Positions 25,735-39,599 of a stretch of 64,000 bases of DNA are shown in pieces (position 1 is the stretch's first letter; the number at the start of each line of letters is the position of its first letter). The DNA lies in contig NC_091994.1 of assembly GCF_044704955.1 (NCBI RefSeq), positions 1,736,001 to 1,800,000 on the forward strand. The letters run 5' to 3'. The position numbers and the translations under genes are program-made. The stretch is from Pristiophorus japonicus (Eukaryota). A model generated the notes under the pieces. That model ran no database searches and had not been told where the DNA came from. It was given only the letters and a program-made list of their open reading frames with translations.

Positions 25735-27582
25735 GGGAGTAAACTAGCAAGAAATATAAAAACAGACAGCAAGAGCTTCGACAGGTTATAAAAAGAGTGG
25801 CTAAAGTAAACATTGGTCCCTTAGAGGATCAGACTGGGGAATTAATAACAGGAAACTGAGAAATGGCAGAGACTTTGAACAAATATTTTGTATCGGTCTT
25901 CATGGTAGAAACACTAAAAGCATCCCAATAGTGGATAAACAAGGGGCCATGGAAGGGGGTGGGGGGACTTAAAACAATCACCATCACTAGAGGAAAAGTA
26001 CTCGGCAAACTAATGGGACTAAAGGCGGACAAGTCCCCAGGACCTGATGCCTTGCATCCTAGTGTCTTAAGAGAAGAGGCTGCAGAGATAGTGGATGCAT
26101 TGGTTGTAATCTACCACAATTCCCTGGATTCTGGGGCGGTCCCAGCGGATTGGAAAACCGCAAATGTAACACCACTATTTAAAAAAGGAGGCAGACAGAA
26201 AGCAGGAAACTATAGACCAGTTAGTCTAACATCTGTCGTTGGGAAAATGCTGGAGTCCATCATTAAGGAAGCAGTAGCAGGACATTTAGAAAATTATAAT
26301 GCAGTCAAGCAGAGTCAGCATGATTTTATGAAAGGGAAATCATGTTTGACAAGTTTGCTGGAGTTCTTTGAGGATGTAACAAGTAGGGTGGCAAAGGGGG
26401 AATCAGTGGATGTGGTGTATTTGGATTTCCAGAAGGCATTCGATAAGGTGCCACATAAAAGGTTACTACACAAGATAAAAGCTCACGGGGTTGGGGGTAA
26501 TATATTAGCAAGGATAGAGGATTGGCTAACTAACAGGAAACAGGGAGTTGGGATAAATGGATCATTTTCACGTTGCCAAACTGTAACTAGTGGGGTGCCG
26601 CAGGGATCAGTGCTGGGAGCTCAACTATTTACAATCTATATCAATGACTTAGATGAAGGGACCGAGTGTACTGTAGCCAAGTTTGCTGATGATACAAAGA
26701 TAGGTGGGAAAGCAAATTGTGAAGAGTATGCAAAGAATCTACAAAGGGATATAGACAGGCTAAGTGAGTGGGCAAAAATTTGGCAGATGGAGTATAATGT
26801 GGGAAAATGTGAGGTTATCCACTATGACAGAAAAAATAGAAAAGCAAATCATTATTTAAATGGAGAGAGATTACAAAATGCTGCAGTACAGAGAGACCTG
26901 GGGGCCCTTGTACATGTAACACAAGTAATTAGGAGGACAAATTGAATGTTGGCCTTTATTGCGAGGGGGATGGAGTATAAAAATAGGGAAGTCTTGCTAC
27001 AACTGTACAGGGCGTTTGTAAGACCACACCTGGAGTACTGTACAGTTTTGGTCTCTGTATTTAAGGAGGGATATACTTGCATTGGAGGCAGTTCAGGGAA
27101 GGTTCACCAGGTTGATTCCTGAGATGAAGGGGTTTGTCACATGAAGAAAGGTTGAGCAGGTTGGGCCTCTACTCATTGGAGTTTAGAAGACTGAGAGGTG
27201 ATCTTATTGAAATGTATAAGATTCTGAGGAGGCTTTACAGGGTAGATGCAGAGAGGATGTTTCCCCTCATGGGGGAATCTAAAACTAGGGGGCATAGTTT
27301 CAGAATAAGAGGCCGCCCATTTAAAACGGAGATGAGGAGGAATCTCTTCTCTGAGGGTTGTGAAACTTTGGAATTCTCTGCTCCAGAGAGCTGTGGAGGC
27401 TGGGTCATTGAATATATTTAAGACAGAGATGGACAGATTTTTGAACTATAAAGGGAGTCAAGGGTTATGGGGAGCAGTCGGGGAAGTGGAGTTGAGGCCA
27501 AGATCCAATCAGCCATGATCTTATTGAATGGTGGAGCAGGCTCGAAGGGCCGAATAGCCGACTCCTGCTATTTCTTATGTTT
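25735..27582 (+). mobile_element. CR1 LINE RT fragment with tail
   Basis: 328-aa open RT stretch (25959-26945), then frameshifted C-terminus and tail. Confidence 0.92.
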
Positions 27583-28060
27583 TTTGAATGTCACGACTGG
27601 CTGAGCATCATCTCCGCGGCAACGAAGACGGTTCCAGAGTTTAGAAGGATGAGTGATCAAGTCAGACGAGGGCTGTTCAATGGATGTGTGTGTGTGAAAA
27701 CACCATGTTGATGTAATACTGAGCCATGCAGACCAGGACAGGTGCACGTCTGCATGCCGGTCTCGGTGAACCTGGGCCAGTTCAGCTGGGTGAGTGACCG
27801 GGTCATGCAAATTCCAGCCAACTTTCCTGGGGCAAGTGCGGGACAAATCAACTCACCTGCTTGCTCACAGTACTCCAGGTGTGGTCTAGCCAGGGCTTTG
27901 TGTAGCTGCAGCATAACCTCTAACCTTTTGTATTCTAATCCTCTCCACAGAGAGTCACATATCCAAGTTTGCCAATGAAACAAAGATAAGTGGCATTGTA
28001 AGCATAAAATCACAAAGGGATATTAATAGATTAAGTGAATGAGCAAAACTGTGGCAAATG

Positions 28061-31000
28061 TCTAATAATGTTAAAAAGACAGATTTACAAGCATTGTATC
28101 TGAATGCACGAAGCATCTGTAATATGGTAGACAAATTAACAGCACAAATAGATGTAAACGGATACGATATAGTTGCAATTACGGAGACATGGTTGCAGAG
28201 TGACCAGGGTTGGGAACTGAATAGCCAAGGATATTCGATATTTAGGAAAGTCAGGCAAAAAGGAAGAGGGGGTGGTGAGGCGTTGTTAGTAAAGGATGAA
28301 ATCAGAGCAATAGTGAGAAAAGATATTGGCTCAGAAAATCAAGATGTAGAATCAGTCTGGGTGGAGCTAAGGAGCACCAAGGGGTAGAAAACATTAGTGG
28401 GAATTGTCTATAGCCTCCAAACAGTAGTGGTAGGGTAGGGGATAGCATCAAACAGGAAATTAGAGATGCATGTAACAAGGGTACTACAGTAATCGTAGGT
28501 GACTTTAATTTACATATATACTGGCCAAACCAAATTATTAATAATACTGTGGAAGATGAATTCCTGGAGTGTGTACGAGATGGTTTTTTAGTCCAGTATG
28601 TTGAGGAGCCTACTAGGGAACAGGCGATCCTAGATTGGGTATTGTGCAATGAGAAGGGGTTAATTAACAGGCTTGTTGTGCGGGTTCCTTTAGGGAAGAG
28701 TGACCATAACATGATTGAATTTTTATTAAGATGGAAAGTGAAGTAGTCCAATCCAAAACTAGGGTCCTAAATCTAAACAAAGGAAACTACGAAGGTATGA
28801 GGAATGAATTGGCGATGATAGATTGGGAAGATCCATTAAAAGGCATGACGGTGGATCGGCAATGGCTAATATTTAAGGAACGAATGCATGAATTGCAACA
28901 GTTATACATTCCTTTCTGGCATAAAAACACAAAAGGAAAAGTGGCCCATCCATGGCTAACAAAAGAAATTAAGGATAATATTAGACCCAAAGAGGAGTTA
29001 TACAAAGTTGCCAGAAAAAGTAGCAAGCCTGAGGATTGGGAGAAGTTTAGAATTCAGCAAAAAAGGACCAAGAGATTGATTAAGAGGGGAAAAATAGAGT
29101 ATGAGAGTAAACTTGCAAGGAACATAAAAACCGACTGCAAAAGTTTCTACAAGTACATAAAAAGAAAACGATTAGTGAAGACAAATGTAGATCCTTTACA
29201 GACAGAAACGGGAGAATTTGTAATGGGGAACAAGGCAATGGCAGAACAATTAAATAAATATTTCAGTTCTGTCTTCATGGAAGAGGACACAAATAACGTC
29301 CAAGAAATGCTGGGAACCAAGGGTCTTGTGAGCAAGAGGAATTAAAGGAAATGATAATTAGGAAGAAAATAGTGCTAGAGAAACTAATGGGACTGAAGGC
29401 CGATAAATCCCAGGGTCTGATGATCTGTATCCCAGAGTACTAAAAGAGGTAGCCATGGAAATAGTGGATGCATTGGTTGTCATCTTCCAAAATTCTATAG
29501 ATTATGGAACAGTTCCTGCAGATTGGAGGGGGGGCAAATGTAACCCCACTATTTAAAAAAGGAGGGAGAGGGAAAACAGGGAACTACAGACCGGTTAGCC
29601 TAACATCAGTAGTAGGGAAAATGCTGGAGTCTATTATAAAGGATGTGATAACGGCACACTTAGATAATATCAACGGGATTAGACAAAGTCAACATGGATT
29701 TATGAAAGGAACATCATATTTGACAAACCTACTGGAGTTTTTTGAAGTTGTAACTGATAAAATAGATTAGGGAGAACCAGTGGATGTAGTGTATTTGGAT
29801 TTTCAGAAGGCTTTTGATAAAGTCCCACATAAGAGGTTAGTGTGTAAAAAGCACATAGGTTTGGGGGTAATGTGTTGGCATGGATTGAAAATTGGTTAAC
29901 TGACAGGAAACAGAGAGTAGGAATAAACGGGCCTTTTTTGGGGTGGCGGGCAGTGACTAGTGGGGTACCACAGGGATCAGTGCTGGGGCCCCAGCTATTC
30001 ACACTATATATATATATATAAATGATTTGGATGAGGGAACCAAATGTAATATTTCCAAGTTTGCTGACGACACAAAGCTAGGTGGGATTGTGAGTTGTGA
30101 GGAGGATGCAAAAACGCTGCAAGGCGATTTAGATAGGTTGAGTGAGTGGGCAAACACATGGCAGATGCAGTATAACGTGGATACATGTGAAGTTATCCAC
30201 TTTGGTAGAAAAAACATAAAGACAATGTATTATTTAAATGGTGATAGTTTGGGAAAGGTTGATGTACAGAGGGGCCTGGGTGTCCTTGTACACCAGTCAG
30301 TGAAAGCAAACATGCCGGTGCAGCAAGCAGTTAGGAGGGCAAATGGTATGTTGGCCTTCATTGCAAGAGGGTTTGAGTACAGGAGCAAGGATATCTCACT
30401 ACACTTATACAGGGCCTTGGTGAGACCGCACCTGGAGTATTGTGTGCAGTTTTAGTCTCCTTACCCAAGAAAGGATATACTGGCCATAGAGGGAGTGCAG
30501 CGCAGGTTCACCAGGCTGATTCCTGGGATAACAGGACTGTCATATGAGGAGAGATTGGATCGACGAGGCCTGTATTCACTAGAGTTTAGAAGAATGAGAG
30601 AGGATCTCATTGAAACGTATAAAATTCTGACGGGGTTGGATAGACTGGATGCAGGGAGGATGTTTCCCCTGGGCTGGGAAGTCTAGAACAAGGGGTCACA
30701 GTCTCAGGATATGGGGTAGGAAATTTAGGACTGAGATGAGGAGAAATGTTTTCACTCAAAGGGTGGTGAACCTGTGGAATTCTCTACCACAGAAGGCTGT
30801 GGAGACCAAGTCACTGAATATATTTAACAGGGAGATAGATAGATTTCTAGAAACAAAAGGCATCAAGGGGTCTGGGGAAAAAGCGGGAATATGGTGTTGA
30901 GATAGAAGATCAGCCATGATCGTATTGAATGGCGGTGCAGGCTCGAAGGGCCGAATGGCCGACTCCTGCACCTATTTTCTATGTTTCCCAGTACCCACCC

Positions 31001-31114
31001 TTGCAGCGTATTGCCGTTGGCCCCGAATGCTGCTGTGGCCAGGATGGGGAACTGTCCTCGTGGGGAAACTGTTCAGCAGCTAAGCTCCCTACTGCTCCTA
31101 TTTTCTATGTTTCT
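28061..31114 (+). mobile_element. Near-complete decayed CR1 ORF2 nested in an older CR1 (host 27990-28060 and 31115-31900), TSD AAATG
   Basis: LYLNARSI, ITETWL, GDFN, SDHN and RT motifs. The host reading WQM|DFNV is split, with AAATG at 28056-28060 and 31115-31119. Confidence 0.9.
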
Positions 31115-32429
31115 AAATGGATTTCAATGTAGGCAATAGGAGGTCATCCACTTTGGACTGAAAAAGGACAGAACAAAGTACTTTCTAAATGGTGAAAAGG
31201 TAAAAACAGAGGAGGTCCATAGAGATTTGGGGGTACATGTACGTAGATCACTGAAATGTCAGGGACGGGTACAGAAAATAATCAAAAAAGCTAATGAAAT
31301 GCTGGCCTTTATCTCTAGAAGACTTAAAAAACAGGGGTAGAGGTTATACTGCAGCTGTACAAAGCCCTGGTTAGCCCACACCTGGAGCACTATGAGCAGT
31401 TCTGGGCACCACAGCTTAGGGAGGGTATATTGGCCTTGGAGGGAGTGCTGCGTAGGTTTACCAGAATGAGACCCGGACTCCAATAGGCGAGATTACACAA
31501 ACTAGGTTTGTATTCCCAGGAATTTAGACTGTGAAGGGGTGATTTGTTCAAAGTTTTCAAGATATTAAAGGGAACAGTAGATAGAAATTATTTCCACTGT
31601 TGGGGATTCTAGGACTAGGGGGCAGTGTCTAAACATTAGAGCCAGGCCTTTTAGGAGTGAAATTAGGAAACACTTCTACACACAGGGTGGTAGACGTTTG
31701 TTACTCTCTTCCGCAAACGGCAATTGATGCTAGATCAATTGTTAATTTTAAGTCTGGGATCAATAGATATGTTAACAAAAGCTATTAAGGGATATGGGCC
31801 AAAGGCGGGTATGTTGAGTTAGGTCGCAGATCAGCTAAGATCTCATTGAATGGTGGAACAGGCTCGAGGGGCTGAATGGTCGCCTCCTGTTCCTCTGTTC
31901 CACTCCAGTGCCATTTGCTGGATGGACAACCATGGTGGACATCTTACGAGAATGGAATTGTGGAATTACATCGCGTCTTCAGCACAGAAACCGGCCATTG
32001 GGCCCCACCGCTCCGTGCCGGGGTTTATGCTCCACACCAGCCCCCACTCCATCTCACCCCATCCTTCTATTCCTTTCCCCCGCATGTGTTTATCCAGCTT
32101 CCCCTTAAATGCATCGATACTATTCACCTCAACCCCTCCCTATGGCAGCGAGGGAGACTGGAGGTTGGATTGTGGAGCAACAAGGCGGTGAGTGGGAGCA
32201 TCACAGAGAGAGCAGCCGCCCCCAGTCTCCCAACCCCCGCGGTCTCTCCAGCCCCACCCCCCGCTGTCTCCCCTCTCCCCCAGCTATCAGTCTTCCATCA
32301 CCCTCGGTCTCTCCTGTCCACCGCCCGTCCCCCTCCCCCTTCCCCCCGCTATCAGTCTTCCAAACCCCCCACTGTCTCCCCTCTCCCCCCCAGTCTTTCG
32401 CCCACCCCTGTCCCCCTCACCCCGTTCCA

Positions 32430-34252
32430 ACAGTGGATAGTCAAGGGGCTATGGGGGGGGGGGGGGGGAACTTAATACAATCACTAAGGGGGTGGTACTC
32501 AGTAAGATAATGGGACTAAAAGTCAGATAAATCCCCTGGACCTGATGGCTTGCATCCTAGGGTCTTGAGAAGTAGTGGCAGGGATTGTGGATGCATTGGT
32601 TGTAATTTACCAAAATTCCCTGGATTCTGGGGAGGTCCCAGCAGATTGGAAAACTGCAAATGTAATGCCCCTATTTAAAAAAGGAGGCAGACAAAAAGCA
32701 GGAAACTATAGACCAGTTAGTCTAACATCTGTGGTTGGGAAAATGTTGCAGTCCATTATTAAAGAAGCAGTAGCAGGACATTTGGAAAAGCAAAATTCGG
32801 TCAGGCAGAGTCAGCATGGATTTATGAAGGGGAAGTCATATTTGCCAAATTTGCTGGAATTCTTTGAGGATGTAACGAACAGGGTGGATAAAGGGGAACC
32901 AGTGGATGTGGTGTATTTGAACTTCCAGAAGGCATTTGACAAGGTGCCACATAAAAGGTTACTGCACAAGATAAAAGTTTACGGGGTTGGGGTAATATAT
33001 TAGCATGGATAGAGGATTGGCTAATGAACAAAAAACAGAGAGTCGGGATAAATGTATAATTTTCAGGTTGGCAACCAGTAACTAGTGGGGTGCCGCAGGG
33101 ATCAGTGCTGGGACCCCAACTATTTACAATCTATATCAACGACTTGGAAGAGGGGACCGAGTGTAATGTAGCCAAGTTTGCTGACGATACAAAGATGGGA
33201 GGAAAAGCAATGTGTGAGGAGGACACAAAAAATCTGCAAAAGGACATAGACAGGCTAAGTGAGTGAGCAAAAATTTGGCAGATGGAGTATAATGTTGGAA
33301 AGTGTGAGGTCATGCACTTTGGCAGAAAAAAAATCAAAGAGCGTTATTATTTAAATGGAGAAAGATTGCAAAATGCCGCAGTACAGCGGGACCTGGGGGT
33401 ACTTGTGCATGAAACACAAAAGGTTAGTATGCAGGTACAGCAAGTGATCAGGAAGGCCAATGGAATCTTGGCCTTTATTGCAAAGGGGATGGAGTATAAA
33501 AGCAGGGAAGTCTTGCTCCAGTTATACAGGGTATTGGTGAGGTCACTGCTACTTGGCTTGAACCCTTTTTTCAAGTAGTGGATTTAATTATAGACCTGCT
33601 CCATAATTAATGGAGTGAAATAAAGCCTATTTATTCCAGATCACAATTCAATTTATCTGACAATTTAAACTCCTGCTTGTGTTATTTAAGTTGCTTAATT
33701 CACATTTTTAGATAATTCAAATAAGTGTATTCACACCTGGAATACTGTGTGCAGTTTTGGTTTCCATATTTATGAAAGGATATATTTGCTTTGGAGGCAG
33801 TTCAGAGAAGGTTCACTCGGTTGATTCCGGAGATGAGGGGGTTGACTTGAGGAAAGGTTGAGTAGGTTGGGCCTCTACTCATTGGAATTCAGAAGATTGA
33901 GAGGTGATCTTATTGAAACGTATAAGATTATGAGGGGGTTTCACAAGGTGGATGCAGAGAGGATGTTTCCACTGATGGGGGAGACTAGAACTAGAGGGCA
34001 TAATCTTAGAATAAGGGGTCGCCCATTTAAAACTGAGATGAAGAGGAATTTCTTCTCTCAGAGGGTTGTAAATCTGTGGAATTCGCTAGACAGTTTATTA
34101 AATGATAAGGGAGTGAAGGGTTATGGGGAGCGGGCGGGGAAGTGGAGCTGAGTCCGTGATCGGATCAGCCATGATCTTATTGAATGGTGGAGCAGGCTCG
34201 AGGGGCCGAATGGCCGACTCCTGCTCCTATTTCTTATGTTCTTATGTTTATG
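32430..34252 (+). mobile_element. CR1 LINE RT fragment interrupted by a 184-bp AT-rich insert (33547-33730)
   Basis: RT motifs and tail; the LVR-HLEYCVQFW block is split by the insert. Confidence 0.9.
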
Positions 34253-34522
34253 TTTCCCTCAGTCTTCCCCCCACCCTGGGTCTCCCGTTCTCCCCCTGCC
34301 CACAGGGACCTCCCATTCTCGGAATGTCTCACACAATAGCTGCTGGCGCAAAACAAGCAGAAATACCCAACTACAGGAGACGCGACCGTTGAGATAAATG
34401 CAGTAAAATCTGTAGCTATCAGATGTCACGCAGTCAGAACGTCACTTGATCCAACCTCCAGGAATGCCTCCAACCAGAGTTGGCAACTGTACCAAGTAAT
34501 AGAAGGCAGTCAGAAGACTTAG

Positions 34523-35130
34523 AACAACAACTTGTATTTATATAGCGCCTTTAACGTAGTGAAATGTCCCAAGGCGCGTCACAGGAGTATTATAAGACAA
34601 AAAAATTCAACACCAAGCCACATAAGAAATTAACGATGGCGAAAAGCTTGGTCAAAGAGGAAGGTTTAAGGAGAAGCTTAAAAGGAGAGGGAGGTAGAGA
34701 GGCAGGGAGGTTTTAGGGAGGGAGTTCCAGAGCTTGGGGCCCAGGCAACAGGAGGCACGGCCACCGATGGTGGAGCGATTATAATCAGCGATGCTCAAGA
34801 GGGCAGAATTCGAGGAGCGCAGACATCTCGGTGGTTGTGGGGCTGGAGGAGATTACAGAGATAGGGAAGGGTGAGGGCCATGGAAGGATTTGAAAACAAG
34901 GATGAGAGTTTTAGAATCGAGACATTGCTTTTCCGGGAGCCAATGTTGGTCGGCGAGCACAGGGGTGATGGGTGAGCGGGACTTGATGCGAGTTAGGACA
35001 CAGGCAGCCGAGTTTTGCATCACCTCTGGTTTACATATGGTAGAATGTGGGAGGCCAGCCAGGAGTGCGTTGGAATAGTCAAGTCTGGAGGTAACAGGGG
35101 GTGATGGGTGAGCGGGATTTGGTGCGAGTT
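34523..35130 (-). mobile_element. L2-clade LINE 3' end
   Basis: Tail gttaaaggcgctatataaatacaagttgttgtt on minus; same block as 24178-24905. Confidence 0.8.
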
Positions 35131-35869
35131 ACAAAGGTAGCTTTAAAAATAAACAGAATCTTTTATGGATGAAGGGTCCAAATCTGTACGGCTAAAGTCC
35201 TCAAATTTATGACCAAAAATGCTGACGCAGATCATAAAATAGGGTCAATGCTGGTAACTGACTCATCGGGGGAAAGTTGCACTTTTAAGCAAAACCACAG
35301 GAGGGCGACAAAGTGCCAGACCATCACCGTCCGACGTGCCTTACTTGGAAGAGCTGAGCAAAGGATATTCAGGAGGGAAAGGGAATAAAGATTTCACCTA
35401 CAGGGCAGAAAGTAAAAACTTCCGCTGTGTTACACTGCTGGTGAATTCTCAGGACAAGTTCTCCTCCAGGAACGGCTGTTATCATGCACAATGGGGGCTC
35501 AGATAGCACGGACACTCACTCATTCTGTACAGATCGGTTCAAAACAGACATTCCCCACCCTCCCCCCGCCACAAGCAGCGGCTGGAAGGGAGGTGGGCAC
35601 GATTACCACCCAGAGTCAGCCCCCCTGCCCTGCCTTTGGATTGGCGTTGGTCCAGAGCCCTGTCAATCAAACTGGCGCTGAGTAAGTAGGCTGGTCACGT
35701 GACCACTATTTGTCAGTCAGCTGATGAGAAAACGACACCCGCACAATGGTCACATGATTACTATTCGCCAAAAAGCTGCTTCAGAAGTGACATCAATTTC
35801 TGCTCTTCCAACACAAAACAAGCCCCTCTACGGACTTGAGCCCCATAATCCAGGCTGGCACTCCCAGGT

Positions 35870-36695
35870 CAGCGCCGAGGGAGTGCCGCTCCGTCAGAGG
35901 GGCAGTGTCGAGGGAGTGCCGCTCCGTCGGAGGGGCAGTGTCGAGGGAGTGCCGCTCCGTCGGAGGGGCAGTGTCGAGGGAGTGCCGCTCCGTCAGAGGG
36001 GCAGTGTCGAGGGAGTGCCGCTCCGTCACAGGGGCAGTGTCGAGGGAGTGCCGCTCCGTCAGAGGGGCAGTGTCGAGGGAGTGCCGCTCCGTCGGAGGGG
36101 CAGTGTCGAGGGAGTGCCGCTCCGTCGGAGGGGCAGTGTCGAGGGAGTGCCGCTCCGTCAGAGGGGCAGTGTCGAGGGAGTGCCGCTCCGTCGGAGGGGC
36201 AGTGTCGAGGGAGTGCCGCTCCGTCAGAGGGGCAGTGTCGAGGGAGTGCCGCTCCGTCGGAGGGGCAGTGTCGAGGGAGTGCCGCTCCGTCGGAGGGGCA
36301 GTGTCGAGGGAGTGCCGCTCCGTCACAGGGGCAGTGTCGAGGGAGTGCCGCTCCGTCAGAGGGGCAGTGTCGAGGGAGTGCCGCTCCGTTGGAGGGGCAG
36401 TGTCGAGGGAGTGCCGCTCCGTCAGAGGGGCAGTGTCGAGGGAGTGCCGCTCCGTCGGAGGGGCAGTGTCGAGGGAGTGCAGCTCAGTCGGAGGGGCAGT
36501 GTCGAGGGAGTGCCGCTCCGTCGGAGGGGCAGTGTCGAGGGAGTGCCGCTCCGTCGGAGGGGCAGTGTCGAGGGAGTGCCGCTCCGTCGGAGGGGCAGTG
36601 TCGAGGGAGTGCCGCTCCGTCGGAGGGGCAGTGTCGAGGGAGTGCAGCTCAGTCGGAGGGGCAGTGTCGAGGGAGCACCGCGCTGATCGGAGGTG
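35870..36695. repeat. 33-bp minisatellite, ~25 units with variants, inside a Deu-SINE (~35835-36900, +)
   Basis: Unit cagtgtcgagggagtgccgctccgtc(g/a)gagggg, followed directly by the Deu core gccgtctttcggatgagacattaaaccgagg. Confidence 0.95.
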
Positions 36696-37630
36696 CCGTC
36701 TTTCGGATGAGACATTAAACCGAGGCCTTGTCTGCCCTCTCGGGTGGACGTAAAAACATCCCACGGCCACTAGTGGAAGAGCGAGGAGCTCTCCCTGCTG
36801 TCCCGGGCCGACATACACCCCCCCCCAACCCTGTGCTGTTTGTGGGATCTTGCTTGGGTGGTTTGTGGGAGGGGCTTGACCACATAACAGCGTTGACTGG
36901 GAATTTTATCGGAGCTGCTCCTGCTCCCATGCTGTAACTTGGCCGGAATATTCCAACGCTCAACTGGCCACCCTCCCTAAAGCTGAGCTTATCCAAACCT
37001 GGTGTTGTCCGTACCCCAGCATGCACCACTTCGAACTAAACCACGCTGGAAATGGCGGCACAGATTCAAACGGGCCAATGGGAAATTTAGGACAGATGCC
37101 ACGACATTTTTCTTCAGAGTAGATTCTGGGTACGGTACTGGAATAAACACGAGGCCATTCAGCCCCTCGAGCCTGTTCTGCCATTCAATTAGACTTTAAC
37201 TCCATTTACCCATCTTGGTTCCATTATGCTTAATACCTTCACCCAACAAAAATCTATTGTAAGTGCCTCCTGACATCACCCCTCAACTGCCTGACGCTAA
37301 TTTTAAGGTTATGCTCTTTTGTTAAGGACTCTCCCTACCAAAGGAAATAGTCTATCTCCCTCTACCCTATTAGCTCCGTTAGATTACCCATTAATCTTCT
37401 ATAGTCAAGGGAATACAAGCATAGCTGGTCCTCATAATTTAACCCTTTTAGGTGCTCTATCATTGAGCCAGTAGGACATGTGACTTCTTGATTGATGAGC
37501 TTAGATGTGGCAAATTATCTCCTTTATCCATTTCTATTGCATGGACAAGTATAGTAGCGTAATGGATTAGACAGACTGTTCACTTCTGGGAACAGATCCA
37601 GCAGATTCAAGGAATGCGCGATGTCCCAAG

Positions 37631-37830
37631 TTTTTGATGGGACAGTGTAGAGGGAGCTTTACTCTGTATCTAACCCCCTGTACCTGTCCTGGGAGTGTTT
37701 GATGGGACAGTGTAGAGCGAGCTTTACTCTGTATCTAACCCCCTGTACCTGCCCTGGGAGTGTTTGATGGGACAGTGTAGAGGGAGCTTTACTCTGTATC
37801 TCACCCCGTGCTGTACCTGTCCTGGGAGTG
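37631..37830. repeat. 65-bp minisatellite, 3 copies
   Basis: Unit gtttgatgggacagtgtagagggagctttactctgtatctaaccccctgtacctg(c/t)cctgggagt. Confidence 0.9.
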
Positions 37831-39239
37831 TTTTGGTTGCAGTTGACACCAGGTGCCCAAAATTAAAATGCTCCCTCACCTTATTGAGATCAAAAATCAC
37901 AAAAAGATAAAAGGGTAACTTGCTCATTAAAGAAAGTGGCTCAGCCTCTCAGGCTGTGTCTGTACTTTCCCTCTCCTCCCAACGTCTGCCTGTAGTTCAA
38001 TCAAACTCGAACCAACTGTGTCAGGTTTTCACTCCTGGCCACTTACCTTTCGAGATTCAGTCTGCACAATGGTCAACTGATATTCTGACCGCTACCGGTG
38101 CAAATGCTTACTCTGGCTGACGCAGCCCCACCATGATCAAACGTCCACTCCAACGGAACCCTCATGGTTTCTTAAAAGGTTATGCACAGTAGGTGAGGTA
38201 ATGCCTCCTCTGGCGTAGAGTTCCAGCTAAAGCGGCAGCTCAAGGACCTTCGCCGTGATGTTGTGTCGGTGCGGAGAGGACATCTTAAAACTACTGACTG
38301 GGCGGGAAAAAAGAAGAAATACGAAGTAATTGTAAATGAGAAAGGCAGACACACAACACACAGACTGGTGGCAGGACTGGACCAACAATGGGCCTGTTGG
38401 CCAGTGAGTGAGGTCACAACGGGATTTCACTGTTGCTAAGCTGATGACATCACAGACAGCACCGTTTAATTTTATGGGTGGGTTGGCCTCTTTGTCTGTC
38501 GCTACCTCTCGATGGCGAAGGCACAGACTACCGCCAAATCCTTCCATCCTGTGACCTGGACAACGGTGAAGGATGGGTTTTGGGGGTCGTTAGAGTGAGA
38601 TTGGTCTCGGCTCACCTGGGCCAAGGCCAAGAACAAAATTTAAATAATCAGCCCAGCTTCCGGCTACAAGACTGGCAAGGCTCCCCCTGTGTGATGTAGA
38701 CGGTCAGTTTGGAACCCATGGAACTGACCCCCCCCCCCAGTGTGAGCCCTGCTGCCTTCAAGGCAACAAGAGTTTTGCTTTGGAGTCGGCTCCAGGTTTT
38801 CTACCTTATCTGGTCCCTGCCACTCACCTCCTCCCTCAATCCCACCTAGCCCTCAATCCCAATATCCCACCACATCCATTAACTCACCACATCCCTCAAT
38901 CCCTTATCTCTTCAGAAACACATCTAATGCTATCTCACCCATCAGTGGTCAACACTGGGGAAATGTTCAAAGGGGTTATCTATTTCCTGGGTGTCCAACC
39001 CAAGTCTCTGTTCCCATGGAGCCCTGAGCCCTTGTAAATTAAAGAAAAAAGTTATTTGAATTTATAAGCGTGCCTTTCATGTTATCAGAAGATCCCAGAA
39101 TGCTTCAGTCAATTAATGACCTTTTGGAATCTAAGCTGCTGCTGTTGTATAGGCAGCATACACAGCAAGATCCCATATGCAGCAAATGTGACAAATCAGT
39201 GAAATGATGACCTCTGACCTCTCCGCCCCCCTACACTGT

Positions 39240-39540
39240 TTCAACGAAGCCCAACACAACAGCACCTCATCTTTCGATTCGGCACTTTACAGCCTCTGGA
39301 CTCAACATAGAGTACAATTTCAGAGCGTAACCTCTCCCAATCTTTGACTCCCTCCTCCTCCCCGAGCTAGTTTCTTTTTTGGCAACTGGTCATTATCCTG
39401 CCATTCACACCCGATCTTGACTAATGTTTTTCTAACTCCTGGCATTACCATTTCAATTCTGTCTCTCTAATCTCACCCGTCTTCCACCCTATCACAGACC
39501 TTCCCTTTTGTTCTTCCCCTCCCCCTTTCAGTGCTTGTAA
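39240..39540 (+). mobile_element. Penelope-like element 3' fragment
   Basis: Matches the C-terminus and 3' flank of the PLE at 62.2-63.5 kb (cacctcatctttcg...ggcactttacagcc...ggactcaacat...tttcagagcgtaacc). Confidence 0.65.
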
Positions 39541-39599
39541 ATAGCCAAACAAATCTAATCCCTCTACAACAACTTGCATTTATACAGCGCCTTTAATAT

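Noticed and set aside
31876-32475. Proline-rich 199-aa ORF
   Set aside because: CR1 tail remnants plus a C/T-rich low-complexity tract.
38190-38440. Coding-looking stretch (+ VEFQLKRQLKDLRRDVVS...; strong minus-strand acceptor near 38299)
   Set aside because: No recognisable homology, no ATG on +, and no consistent partner splice sites; unsupported without RNA data.
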